Assembly: GCA_034422735.1 (NCBI GenBank) | Contig: DAOUJL010000039.1 | Coordinates: 100,136-164,135, forward strand | Direction of reading: 5' to 3' | DNA from: Dehalococcoidia bacterium | GTDB lineage: Bacteria; Chloroflexota; Dehalococcoidia; Lucifugimonadales; CATOSD01 | DNA length: 64,000 bases | Shown here: positions 47,957 through 57,251 of the stretch, in pieces | Layout: the number at the start of each line of letters is the position of its first letter | Numbering within the stretch: the stretch's first letter is position 1 | Made by a program: the position numbers and the translations under genes | The notes under the pieces: generated by a model | Told to the model about the DNA's origin: nothing | Seen by the model: the letters and a program-made list of their open reading frames with translations, nothing else | The model's database searches: none

Positions 47957-47995
47957 TCCCTTCCCCCGTCAAGGGGGAAGGTTAGGACGGGGGTG
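47957..47995 (+). repeat. family-A hairpin repeat (copy A7)
   Basis: tcccttcccccgtcaagggggaaggttaggacgggggtg. Confidence 0.9.
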
Positions 47996-48037
47996 TCGTT
48001 CCAGGCACAACCGTTGAAGTCCCAAGGCCTACGCCTC

Positions 48038-49441
48038 TCAGCCCCTGTACAGAAACTGCCCGGACACCTGGTCGCGGTTCAGCTTGCGGTTGAGATGCAG
48101 GCCTTCCAGAAGGAACTCTATCGCCGAGGCCACCGCCGAGGGCTCGCCGGACGGCTCGATGCGCTGGATGAGCTCGCCGATGTTGCCGAGCGCCTCCGCC
48201 GCCTCGCCGTAAGCCGAGGACGGCAGATCGCTGCCCGTCCGCACCTCGTAGCCCTCCTCGAACCGCTCCAGCACCTCGTCGAACTCCGCCGGGCTGTAGT
48301 AGCGCCGGAAGACGTTCGTGACGCCCTTCTTGATGAGGTCCTCTACGACCTTGAACTCCCTGCCCTCCTCCACGCTCTCCAGCTCGATCTTGCCGGTGGT
48401 GGAGGCCACGATGGCCGGAAGGTCGCTCACCCTGGGCGAGGTCGGCTCGCCGCTCCTCAGACTGCGCTTGAAGGCGTTGCCCACCATCGTCTCGTAGTTG
48501 GCTATGGACACGCGCAGGCTCACGCCCGAACGCTGGTTGACCTCCGGGCTGCGCCGCGCCAGCGACGTGATTTCGGCCACGATCTCCTTCATGTACGGCG
48601 GCACCGACACGCGCTCGTCCGTGTCCGGGAAGCGGACGTACTCCTGCTCCACGATCTCGATTTCCTCGTCGAGCGACCTGGGGTAGTGGGTGCGGATCTG
48701 CGCCCCGAACCGGTCCTTCAGCGGCGTCACTATGCGCCCGCGGTTGGTGTAGTCCTCGGGGTTCGCGCTCGACACCAGCATCACGTCCAGCGGAAGCATG
48801 ATGCGGTAGCCCTTGATCTGGACGTCACGCTCCTCCATCAGGTTGAACAGGCTCACCTGTATGCGCTCGGACAGGTCGGGCAGCTCATTGATGCAGAAGA
48901 TGCCCCGGTTGGTGCGCGGAATCAGCCCGTAGTGGATGGTCAGCTCGTCGGACAAGTAGCGCCCCTCAGCCACCTTGATCGGGTCGATCTCGCCAATCAG
49001 GTCCGCGACCGATATGTCCGGCGTCGCCAGCTTCTCGGAGTAGCGCTTGTCGCGCCCCATCCACTGGATGGTCGCGCCGTCCCCATGTTCCTCGATGCTC
49101 TGCTTGCAGGCCGTGCAGATGGGATCGAAAGGGTCGCAGTTCAGCTCGCAGCCGGCCATCACAGGAATCTCGTCGTCCAGCAGCGAGACCAGGTGACGGA
49201 TGAGCCGGGACTTCGCCTGGCCCCGCTCGCCCAGCAGGATTATGTCCTGGCCCGCGAGCACCGCGTTCTCGAGCTGCGGAATCACGCTCTCGTCGAAGCC
49301 CACAATCCCCGGAAACAGGTCGTCCGCCTTCTCGATCTTGCGAATGAGATTCTTGCGGACCTCCTGCTTCACCGTCTGGATGGTGTAACCGCTGCTCCGA
49401 AGCTCGCCAATGGTGCTCGGCTTGACAGGGCCTTTGGGCAT
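48038..49441 (-). CDS. ChlI/MoxR-type AAA+ ATPase (Mg-chelatase subunit I-like)
   Basis: ATG 49441 has an AGGAGG RBS. The protein has Walker A LLGERGQAKS and Walker B FCINELPD, plus a Cys-rich insert CELNCDPFDPICTAC. No vWA partner gene is adjacent. Confidence 0.65.
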   Translation of the reverse strand: MPKGPVKPSTIGELRSSGYTIQTVKQEVRKNLIRKIEKADDLFPGIVGFDESVIPQLENAVLAGQDIILLGERGQAKSRLIRHLVSLLDDEIPVMAGCELNCDPFDPICTACKQSIEEHGDGATIQWMGRDKRYSEKLATPDISVADLIGEIDPIKVAEGRYLSDELTIHYGLIPRTNRGIFCINELPDLSERIQVSLFNLMEERDVQIKGYRIMLPLDVMLVSSANPEDYTNRGRIVTPLKDRFGAQIRTHYPRSLDEEIEIVEQEYVRFPDTDERVSVPPYMKEIVAEITSLARRSPEVNQRSGVSLRVSIANYETMVGNAFKRSLRSGEPTSPRVSDLPAIVASTTGKIELESVEEGREFKVVEDLIKKGVTNVFRRYYSPAEFDEVLERFEEGYEVRTGSDLPSSAYGEAAEALGNIGELIQRIEPSGEPSAVASAIEFLLEGLHLNRKLNRDQVSGQFLYRG

Positions 49442-49534
49442 ATCGTCCCTCCTGTTTACCCGGGCGCAGGGGTCGCGCTCCGTCTGCAACGGGGGCTATG
49501 ATACTACGGATAGGCCGGGTTTGTCAGTTCCGAA

Positions 49535-49575
49535 GTCCCCTCTCCCCCGCGCGGGAGAGGGTTAGGGTGAGGGGG
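49535..49575 (+). repeat. family-B hairpin repeat (copy B6)
   Basis: gtcccctctcccccgcgcgggagagggttagggtgaggggg. Confidence 0.9.
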
Positions 49576-49620
49576 ATGTCAGGCCGCGTAAGTCTGCACC
49601 CCCACGAAAACGGAGGAGCC

Positions 49621-50436
49621 ATGCGAAACTACATCTGCGTCACCTGCGGCGTCGAATACACGGAGAGCGAGCAGCCGCCTGAGCGCTGCCCCATCTGCGA
49701 GGACCCGAGGCAGTACGTCGGCTGGGACGGCCAGCGCTGGACCACGATGGCCGAGATGAAGGCAGACGGCTATCGCAACGAAGTCAGGGATGAAGAACCC
49801 GGCCTCACCGGCATCGGCATAGAGCCATCATTCTCCATCGGCCAGCGGGCGCTGCTGATCCAGACCCCCGGCGGCAATGTGCTGTACGACTGCATCAGCT
49901 ACCTGGACGACGACACTGTCGAGCGCCTGAACGCGCTAGGCGGCGTGCAGGCCATCTGCTTCTCGCACCCCCACTTCTACGACAGCATGGTCACCTGGAG
50001 CCGCGCGTTCGGCAACGCCCCCATCTACGTCCCTGAGGCCGACCGCGAGCACGTGATGCGCCCCGATCCCGCGATCCGCTACTGGGACGGCGCGCCGCTG
50101 GAGCTCGCGCCCGGCGTCACGCTCATCCAGTGCGGCGGCCACTTCGAAGGCAGCGCCGTGCTGCACTGGGCCGGCGGCGCGGAAGGCAGGGGCGCGCTGA
50201 TGGTCGGCGACAGCATCACCGTGGTGCCCGACCGCCGCTTCGTCAGCTTCATGACCAGCTATCCGAACCTGATACCGCTCTCTGCGTCGGAGGTCCGCGC
50301 CATCGTCGACGCCGTCGAGCCTTACGACTTCGACCGCATCTACGGCGGCTGGTGGCGCCGCAACGTCAGCAGCGGCGGCAAGGAAGCGGTGCGCGCCTCC
50401 GCCGAGCGCTACATCGCCCACATCACCGGCGCGTGA
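49621..50436 (+). CDS. MBL-fold metallo-hydrolase with N-terminal rubredoxin-like zinc ribbon
   Basis: ATG 49621. MRNYICVTCGVEY...CPICEDPRQY is followed by the beta-lactamase-fold motif FSHPHFYD. Confidence 0.7.
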   Translation: MRNYICVTCGVEYTESEQPPERCPICEDPRQYVGWDGQRWTTMAEMKADGYRNEVRDEEPGLTGIGIEPSFSIGQRALLIQTPGGNVLYDCISYLDDDTVERLNALGGVQAICFSHPHFYDSMVTWSRAFGNAPIYVPEADREHVMRPDPAIRYWDGAPLELAPGVTLIQCGGHFEGSAVLHWAGGAEGRGALMVGDSITVVPDRRFVSFMTSYPNLIPLSASEVRAIVDAVEPYDFDRIYGGWWRRNVSSGGKEAVRASAERYIAHITGA

Positions 50437-50786
50437 CGCGGCTCACCCTCGTTCCCGCTGCAAATCTACAAATTCCGCCACATCATCCAGTCGCTGCCCG
50501 ATTCTGCGCAGAGCCTTTTCGTTCTCCCATCCCGGGCCAGGGGAGAGGGTCGGGGTGCGGAGAATCCGAGCGGGGATCGCGCCTTTGGGCGTGGCTCTCC
50601 GAAAAATCTGCTCAATTCTGCTACTTTCCGCCCATTCCGTAGCTGGGCGGCCCGATGTTTTTGTCACTTTCTGTGAGCCAAGTTGTCAAGGTTCGTCACG
50701 CGCATTGCGCCAAATGTGGCAGAACGCGACGGCGGCGCCGGGCCGGGGGCGGGCGGATTTGAAACCCGGCTCTACTCCACAATCGG

Positions 50787-50858
50787 CTGCCACAGCGCCT
50801 ATCCAGTTAGAAAGTAGCACGCGCGTGCTGTAGATTCAATACCGTTGTCGGGGCCACG
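50787..50858 (+). repeat. palindrome-containing ~70-nt element, copy E2
   Basis: cTGCCaCAGCGCCTAtccaGTtaGAAAGTAGCACGcgCGTGCTGTAGAtTCAAtaccgttGTCGGGGCCaCG matches the reverse complement of 31481..31547. Confidence 0.8.
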
Positions 50859-51262
50859 GGCGGGCGCAGGGCGGGGCTACTTGACATAAGGTTGTGGGAA
50901 TTGGCCTGAGAGTGGGATGTTTTGTAATATGCGTATGGCAGACTTGAGAGCCAGCGAGAGAGGAAGTCGCGTTAGGGTTGCGCGGCTGGGGTAACTTGGG
51001 ACAGGGGTTTTGGATGATTTGAGGTATCGTAAAGGTCCAAGTAATCACTCTTGCGACTGCGAATGAAAGGGTCCTGGCGACAGCCCAGGGTCTTTTCATT
51101 GGGAACAGGTTCCGGGGGTGCATCCGGTGTCGGCATTCAGCCACCAGAGCGGGGTGGTGGTGGGCCAACAGCCGGTCGGAAGCAGGGGGGGCGAACTGGG
51201 AACCTTGAGACGATTGCTTGAGGATGTAGACATAGCTGACCGGGTGGCAAAAGGAGTACCAA

Positions 51263-52690
51263 TTGACAGCGAAACTAACAGACCTTATCTCCCGCGCCCC
51301 CTGGCGGGAGGCCGTCACCTACCGGGACACCTGGCCCCATGAGTACGTCCTCAGCATAAGGGACGGACAGCGGGAACTGCAGGACGCCATCTACGCCCGC
51401 TTCCTCAACGGCGAGGGCGTGGACTGTCGCTTCTTCAGGGTGAGCAACAAGTACCTGTTCATCAGCGACTTCAAGTACTGGTTCAACAACAAATGGGAAG
51501 GCTTCGACCCAAACGATGATAACGTGATAAACCGCGCCCGCCTGTATCGCGACCGCCGGGACTTCGTGATCCAGCCCGGCGACACGGGAAAGCCGGAGGA
51601 TTATCCCACCAATCCGGCCCACCAGAATCCGATCCAGGACCTCACCAAGCCACAAGAGGCCACCCTGCTCAGTTTCATTGCGCAACGCCATACCATAGGA
51701 CTCGAGGACGTAGCCACGGACGCACTGTACTTCATCCTCTCGCGTTCAGACGCTGCCGGAAAGGCCTTGTCCGAACTGATGGGTGATGAACACGGTCCAT
51801 TACCTATCGCAAAGGCGCAACCCTGGGCGACAGACGCGCGCGGAGCGATACCTGACCTGGCCTGCCTGGACGACGACGACAACCTGGTCGCGCTGATTGA
51901 ATCCAAGTTCTGGGCATCACTAACCCACAACCAGCCCGTCACCTACTGGCAGGGACTTCCCACTCACAAGAGTGCCGTGCTCCTGTTCCTGGCTCCAGAC
52001 TATCGCGTCGACCAAGGGGACCTGTGGGACGAATTGGTAAGTAGGTTGCGCGATGCCGGGCACGAATTGGGCCCTGCCGACAGGCGTCCTGGACTGATTA
52101 CCGCGCAATCCAGGAGCGACCAACGGCGCCTGATGCTAACCACCTGGCAACTGCTTCTTGACAGGATGGCAAAGAGAGCCGGGGAGGATGGCGATACTCA
52201 GGCTTGCTTCGAGATCGCCGAACTGCAAGGACTTGCCGCCAGCGCCATCAAGGGCGACAGACCCACACGCGACGAGAACCTGAAACAACTGATTGCGGAG
52301 TCTGTAAAGCGACTTGAGCAATCGAAATGGGCGGACGCCAGTGGACTGGCTGTCGGACAGGGGGCCGACTTCCACGGAAGATATCTTCGCCTCGCGGGCG
52401 CGCTCGCCTGGCTTGGCATCGATTCCAGAGCCGTGAAAGAGACGGGAAAACCGCTGTGGCTACACTTTTACGAGGAAGGCGCACTCCGCATAAAAGTGAA
52501 CCTGGAACAAGTCCGTAGCCGGCTTGAGGGCCGGTTGGAAACGAAACTCACGTGGCGCAGTGACGACGAGGTATACCTGCCCGTAGAACTGCCACGGGGC
52601 GCCGACCGCGAAAAGACCCTGAACGCTATAGTTGCTCAACTGGAACGCATAGCCCGGCTGATTGATCCCGAGGGTCCAACCTACCGCTGA
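51263..52690 (+). CDS. hypothetical protein with PD-(D/E)xK nuclease-like core
   Basis: 475 aa and AT-richer than its neighbours. The N-terminal module reads WPHEYV...FKYW...INR. The central segment IPDLACLDDDDNLVALIESKFW fits the D...(D/E)xK restriction-endonuclease-fold motif. The C-terminus is helical. Confidence 0.5.
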   Translation: MTAKLTDLISRAPWREAVTYRDTWPHEYVLSIRDGQRELQDAIYARFLNGEGVDCRFFRVSNKYLFISDFKYWFNNKWEGFDPNDDNVINRARLYRDRRDFVIQPGDTGKPEDYPTNPAHQNPIQDLTKPQEATLLSFIAQRHTIGLEDVATDALYFILSRSDAAGKALSELMGDEHGPLPIAKAQPWATDARGAIPDLACLDDDDNLVALIESKFWASLTHNQPVTYWQGLPTHKSAVLLFLAPDYRVDQGDLWDELVSRLRDAGHELGPADRRPGLITAQSRSDQRRLMLTTWQLLLDRMAKRAGEDGDTQACFEIAELQGLAASAIKGDRPTRDENLKQLIAESVKRLEQSKWADASGLAVGQGADFHGRYLRLAGALAWLGIDSRAVKETGKPLWLHFYEEGALRIKVNLEQVRSRLEGRLETKLTWRSDDEVYLPVELPRGADREKTLNAIVAQLERIARLIDPEGPTYR

Positions 52691-52700
52691 GTTGCCCACA

Positions 52701-54359
52701 TCAGCGGCGCGTAGCGCCCCCGACTTCGATCAGCTTCTCGTAGCGCCTGATGCCACCATCCTCGATCGACCAGATAGCCGTGGCGAAGCGCTCTATCAGG
52801 TCGCGGTCGTGCACGGCCATGAGCACCGATCCCGGAAAAGCGTCCAGCGCCTGCTCAAACCGCTCCCTGGACGGAATGTCCAAGTGGTTCACCGGCTCGT
52901 CCAGCACCAGCAGGTTGGCCCCCTCCAGCACCAGCTTGGCGAGCAGCAGCCGGGTGCGCTGGCCGTAGCTCAGCCGGCCCGCCGGAAGCAGGGCGTCGTC
53001 CCCCTCGAACAGGTACAGGTGCAGCATGGTCCTCGCCTCCGTCTCGGACAGCTCGGCCGCCCGCCGCACCATCTCCAGCGGCGTCACGTCCCAGTCCAGT
53101 CCCGCCTGGTCCTGCGGCATGTAGCCCGTTCGCACGTTCGCGCCGACGCGCACGTCGCCCGCGTCCGGGGCGACGAGGCCCATCACGATTCCGAGCAGCG
53201 TGGACTTGCCGCTGCCGTTCGGCCCCAGCAGAGCGACGCGCTCACCGTGCTCCAGCACCAGGTCCACGTCGCGGAACAGCCGGCGACCTCCGAATCCGTG
53301 GCCCACGCCATCGAAACGCAGCGCAAGCGTCCCGCCGCGCGCCGGACTGCCAAAGTCCAGGTTCATCTTCCACTCCGCCCTGGGCCGCTCCACTCTGTCC
53401 GGCGAGTCTAGCAGACGCTCCAGCCGCCGTTCCCGCACCTTGGCCTTGCGCGCCACCTTCTTGGCGCGTCTCCGGTAGAAGTCGTGCGTGGTGGCCCTCT
53501 CCGTGCGCATCGCCGTCTGTTTGGTCTGAACTATGTCTCTCCGGATCCGTCTCGCCTCCGCCTCCTGGTCCTTCCACGCCGCCGACTGCTTGTCCAGCTC
53601 CCGGTGCTTCGCCTGCCGGTACTCGGAGTAGCCTCCGGGATAGGCTGCGATTCCGGGCACGTCGCCGCTCAGCGCCAGGATTCCGGTCGCCACGCCGTCC
53701 AGGAAGGCCCTGTCGTGGGACGCGACAAGCGCCGCCCCGGAGTAACCGGACAGGTAGGACTCCAGCCACTCCAGCGCCGCGATGTCCAGGTGGTTGGTCG
53801 GCTCGTCTAGCAGCAGCACGCCCGGATTCGCCGCGATGACGCCCGCCAGCGCGGCCCTCGTCCGCTCCCCGCCGCTGAGCTTCGACAGCGGTGTGTCCTC
53901 CGGCACGCCCCCAAGACCCAATCCCTGCAGGACGGCGGCAGCGCGCTGCTCCACCTCGTAGCCGCCCAGCGCCTCGAACTCCTCCGACGCGCGCCCGTAC
54001 TCCGCGATCAGCGCGTCAAGCTCCCGGCCCGAGGCGCGCGCCATTCGCGCCTCGACGCGCGCCATCCGCGCGTAGGCGTCCGCGTGATCGATCAGCCCGC
54101 GCCGCACAGCCTGTCCCAGCGTCTGCGCCGGGTCCGCCTCGAACCCCTGCGGCATCCACGCCGCCGCCGCTCCCCCGCCCGCAACCACCCTGCCACGGTC
54201 CGCCGGCTCGGCGCCCGCGACTATGCGCAGCAGCGTGGACTTGCCGGACCCGTTGGGACCCACCAGCCCCACGCGCTCACCGGGATTGACGACGAACGAC
54301 ACGTCCTCCAGGACGGTCTCGGAACCGTAATGTTTGGATACGCTCAGGACTTGCAGCAT
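52701..54359 (-). CDS. ABC-F family ATPase (two ABC domains, no TMD)
   Basis: ATG 54359 (MLQVLSVSKHYG). Two Walker A motifs are present (GPNGSGKST twice), with LSGGERTR and LSYGQRTR signatures and an Arg/Lys-rich linker. Confidence 0.9.
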   Translation of the reverse strand: MLQVLSVSKHYGSETVLEDVSFVVNPGERVGLVGPNGSGKSTLLRIVAGAEPADRGRVVAGGGAAAAWMPQGFEADPAQTLGQAVRRGLIDHADAYARMARVEARMARASGRELDALIAEYGRASEEFEALGGYEVEQRAAAVLQGLGLGGVPEDTPLSKLSGGERTRAALAGVIAANPGVLLLDEPTNHLDIAALEWLESYLSGYSGAALVASHDRAFLDGVATGILALSGDVPGIAAYPGGYSEYRQAKHRELDKQSAAWKDQEAEARRIRRDIVQTKQTAMRTERATTHDFYRRRAKKVARKAKVRERRLERLLDSPDRVERPRAEWKMNLDFGSPARGGTLALRFDGVGHGFGGRRLFRDVDLVLEHGERVALLGPNGSGKSTLLGIVMGLVAPDAGDVRVGANVRTGYMPQDQAGLDWDVTPLEMVRRAAELSETEARTMLHLYLFEGDDALLPAGRLSYGQRTRLLLAKLVLEGANLLVLDEPVNHLDIPSRERFEQALDAFPGSVLMAVHDRDLIERFATAIWSIEDGGIRRYEKLIEVGGATRR

Positions 54360-54562
54360 TCTCCACCCACCGTTGCTGCTTGGACAAAAGGGGACTATCG
54401 GCCGGAAGACAGGGGACTGTGACCCGGAAATGATAGCACAGTGCACAGCACCAGCCGCGTCCGCCCGCAGAATAGCCCCGCATCGCCGCCTGTGCTATAT
54501 TTCCCCCAGCGCGCCGGCCTTACAGCCCGGCCCGTGCGCAAACCCAGACGGAGGCCAACTCC

Positions 54563-55375
54563 ATGAAGTTCACCGACATCCTCTACTCCAAGAGCGACGG
54601 CATCGCCCGCATCATCATCAACCGACCCGAGGTCTACAACGCCATTCGCGGCAAGACCACGGACGAGATGATAGTCGCGATGGAGGACACCCACAACGAC
54701 GACAGCATCCGCGTGCTGATAATCGAGGGCGCGGGTCCGAACGCCTTCTGCTCCGGTCGCGACCAGGGCGAAGATCGCACCAGCCCCGAGTACGCCGGCG
54801 AGAGCGAGGGGAATATAGACGACATGGTGCGCAACATGCCCAAGCCCGTCATCGCCAAGGTGGACGGCTACGCCATCGGCTCCGGCAACATCCTCGCCTA
54901 CACCTGCGACTTCACCGTCGCTTCCACCCGCTCCATCTTCGGCCAGACCGGACCGCGCGTCGGCAGCCCGGCCACGGGATTCGGCGTCGGCTACCTGGCG
55001 CACGTCGTAGGCCAGAAGCGCGCCCGCGAGATCTGGATGCTCACCCAGCAGTACAGCGCCCAGCAGGCATACGACATGGGCCTCGCCAACTCCGTCGTGC
55101 CCCACGACCAGCTAGAGGCCGAGGTGCAGCGCTACTGCGCCCTCATCAAGAACAACAGCCCCGTCATCCTGGAGCTCCAGAAGATGACCTTCAACGAGGT
55201 CACCGACTACATGGAGGACATTCCCAATCCCGCCGCTACCTTCATGCCCGAGTACAGCAGCTCCGAAGAGTCCGAAGAACGGCGGCTCGCCTTCATCGAG
55301 CGAAGGCCCATCGACCCGTCAAAGAACATGCCCTTCCTTCACGCCAGGCGCGCACACAAGGTGGCCGCCGAGTAA
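54563..55375 (+). CDS. crotonase superfamily enzyme (enoyl-CoA hydratase/MenB-like)
   Basis: 270 aa with IARIIINRPEVYNA..., GAGPNAFCSGRD and GQTGPRVGS (MenB-like). Confidence 0.75.
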   Translation: MKFTDILYSKSDGIARIIINRPEVYNAIRGKTTDEMIVAMEDTHNDDSIRVLIIEGAGPNAFCSGRDQGEDRTSPEYAGESEGNIDDMVRNMPKPVIAKVDGYAIGSGNILAYTCDFTVASTRSIFGQTGPRVGSPATGFGVGYLAHVVGQKRAREIWMLTQQYSAQQAYDMGLANSVVPHDQLEAEVQRYCALIKNNSPVILELQKMTFNEVTDYMEDIPNPAATFMPEYSSSEESEERRLAFIERRPIDPSKNMPFLHARRAHKVAAE

Positions 55376-55422
55376 CCAAAATGTCCCTTCCCCCTAAACC
55401 AGCTACACACGGAGGAACCTCC

Positions 55423-55791
55423 ATGGCAAACTCAACCGGGGTGCAAGTCAGCATCAATCTCGCCTTCCCAGCGGCGGGCGTCGCATTCAAGATAGACGCG
55501 AACGACGCCGACGACGGCAGCGCGACAGCGTTTCGGCTGTCCGTGACCGACACCGACGGCGGACGCGACATCCCCTTCCGCGTCGACGCCTCACGCGCAC
55601 TCGCCGACTGGGTGCGCGGCTACAGCCGTTGGCTCAACCGCGCCCGCGTCTCCGCGACATTCGACGAGAACGCGATCACCGGCACCTTCCACGAGGGCCT
55701 CACCCCCGAACAGACCCTGGAGGGCGTGGCTCACGCCTGCGACATGATTCGCCAGCGCTTCGAGCTGTACGAGGAAAGCGTGCTGGAATAG
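55423..55791 (+). CDS. hypothetical protein
   Basis: 122 aa with GGAGGA RBS. It lies between the crotonase and PrpD-family genes and is flanked by fragments of a family-A repeat. Confidence 0.45.
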   Translation: MANSTGVQVSINLAFPAAGVAFKIDANDADDGSATAFRLSVTDTDGGRDIPFRVDASRALADWVRGYSRWLNRARVSATFDENAITGTFHEGLTPEQTLEGVAHACDMIRQRFELYEESVLE

Positions 55792-55820
55792 GATGGGGGT
55801 CTAGATGGGGGTCTAAAGGA

Positions 55821-57203
55821 ATGTTCGTTGCACAGAAGCTAGCCAATTTCGTCCACGGCCTGCGCTACGAGGAGCTACCGCCCGACGCCGTAGCCGCCGC
55901 CCGGCGCTACCTGGCCGACAGCTTCGCCTGCGCCCTCGCCGCCTACCACGCCGAGCCTGTCGCCAAGGTCCGCGAGTACGCCCTGGCCCGCGGCGGCGCG
56001 CAGGACGCCACGCTCATTGGCGCCACCGCCAAGACCCCCGCCGACGTCGCGGCCCTGGTGAACGGCACCATGGTGCGCTACCTGGACGCCAACGACATAT
56101 TCGCTCCCACGCCCGGCCGCGAGGGCGGCCACTTCAGCGACGTCATACCCGCCCTGGCGGCTCTTGCCGAGGCGCGCGGCCACGACGCGAGCGAGCTTGT
56201 CACCGCCGTGGTCGCCAACTACGAACTGCTGGGAGCGCTCTCCGAGACCTACCACTTCTCCCGGCGCGGCTACCACGCCATCACCGTCGAGCCGTGGACG
56301 CTGGCCCTGGTCGCCTCGCGACTGCTGCGCGCCGGCCCGGACGCCGCCGTGCACGCATGCGGACTCGCCGGCGCGACGGGCATGGTGCTGAACACCTGGC
56401 TCCGCCCATCGCCCAGCATTCCCATGATCAAGGCCGCGGCCGTCGGCCTGGCGTCCCAGCGCGCGGTCCAGTCCGCGGAGCTGGCGGCGCTCGGCGTCAC
56501 CGCGTCCGAGGACGCGCTGGAGACGACGTTCGAGCGCCTGGCGCCGCTCCACGACGCGCCGGCGGACCTCGGCCGCATCGACGAGCTCGGCGAGCGCTGG
56601 ACCGCCACACGCAACGTCATCAAGTCCTACCCATCGCAGATCTCCACCCAGGCCGCCGTCGAGGCCGCGCTGGCGCTCCACCGCGCCGGCGTGCGCTCGG
56701 AGTCCGTGGCGAAGCTCACCGTGTACGGCCACAACGGCGTCTGCGGCGGCGTGCAGGGATCGCCCGAGGCCTACGCGCCCGCGACGCGCGAGGCCGCCGA
56801 CCACAGCACGCCCTTCGTCGTCGCCATGGCGCTGCTGCGCGGCAGGCTGACCGCGCGCGAGTACGAGGGCGACCCCTGGGACACCGCAGAGTACAAGTCC
56901 CTGGCGTCCCGCATCGACCTGGTGCGTGAGCCTGAGCGCGACGAGGCGATGGCCCAACACGGCATCATGGGCGTGCGCCTCGTGGCGGAACTGGCGGACG
57001 GACGCACCGAGGAGGCGGTAGTGCACCAGCCCAAGGGCCACCCCGACGCGCCGATGTCCGACGACGATCTGCTCGCCAAGATGACCTGGCTCCTCGAGGA
57101 CGTCACCCCCAGCGGCACCCCCGAGCGCATATTCGAGCTGTGCCAGACCATGACCACGCAAGACGACCTTACCGCGCTCCTGGCGGCGTGCCGTCTGGCA
57201 TAG
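55821..57203 (+). CDS. MmgE/PrpD family protein (2-methylcitrate dehydratase-like)
   Basis: ATG 55821. MFVAQKLANFVHGLRYEELPPDAVAAARRYLADSFACALAA... is the typical PrpD-family N-terminus. 460 aa. Confidence 0.78.
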   Translation: MFVAQKLANFVHGLRYEELPPDAVAAARRYLADSFACALAAYHAEPVAKVREYALARGGAQDATLIGATAKTPADVAALVNGTMVRYLDANDIFAPTPGREGGHFSDVIPALAALAEARGHDASELVTAVVANYELLGALSETYHFSRRGYHAITVEPWTLALVASRLLRAGPDAAVHACGLAGATGMVLNTWLRPSPSIPMIKAAAVGLASQRAVQSAELAALGVTASEDALETTFERLAPLHDAPADLGRIDELGERWTATRNVIKSYPSQISTQAAVEAALALHRAGVRSESVAKLTVYGHNGVCGGVQGSPEAYAPATREAADHSTPFVVAMALLRGRLTAREYEGDPWDTAEYKSLASRIDLVREPERDEAMAQHGIMGVRLVAELADGRTEEAVVHQPKGHPDAPMSDDDLLAKMTWLLEDVTPSGTPERIFELCQTMTTQDDLTALLAACRLA

Positions 57204-57251
57204 CCGGAACCCAGGGGCGGCGGTTGGTGCCAAGGAGGACATGGGGGAGAC

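Noticed and set aside
48038-49441. The ChlI/MoxR-like AAA+ ATPase as part of an AAA-vWA defence or chelatase-like pair.
   Set aside because: No vWA-domain or other partner gene is adjacent on either side (valS and repeats downstream, the MBL gene upstream). No system-level claim can be supported from this window.
50443-50667. 74-aa minus-strand ORF after the MBL hydrolase gene.
   Set aside because: Its middle is encoded by a degenerate family-B repeat (the LSPGPGW stretch). No RBS or family signature is present. It is probably non-coding or a gene remnant.
31481-50858. Elements E1 and E2 as inverted terminal repeats of a 19-kb mobile element.
   Set aside because: The interval holds core single-copy genes (dapF, dapL, hflX, smpB, valS, tRNA-Arg) and no integrase or transposase. 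The repeats are better explained as independent upstream elements.
50836-51318. 160-aa minus-strand ORF in the long spacer before the PD-(D/E)xK-like gene.
   Set aside because: It overlaps the start of the plus-strand gene, has no RBS, and has odd composition. It lies in a region better explained as non-coding.
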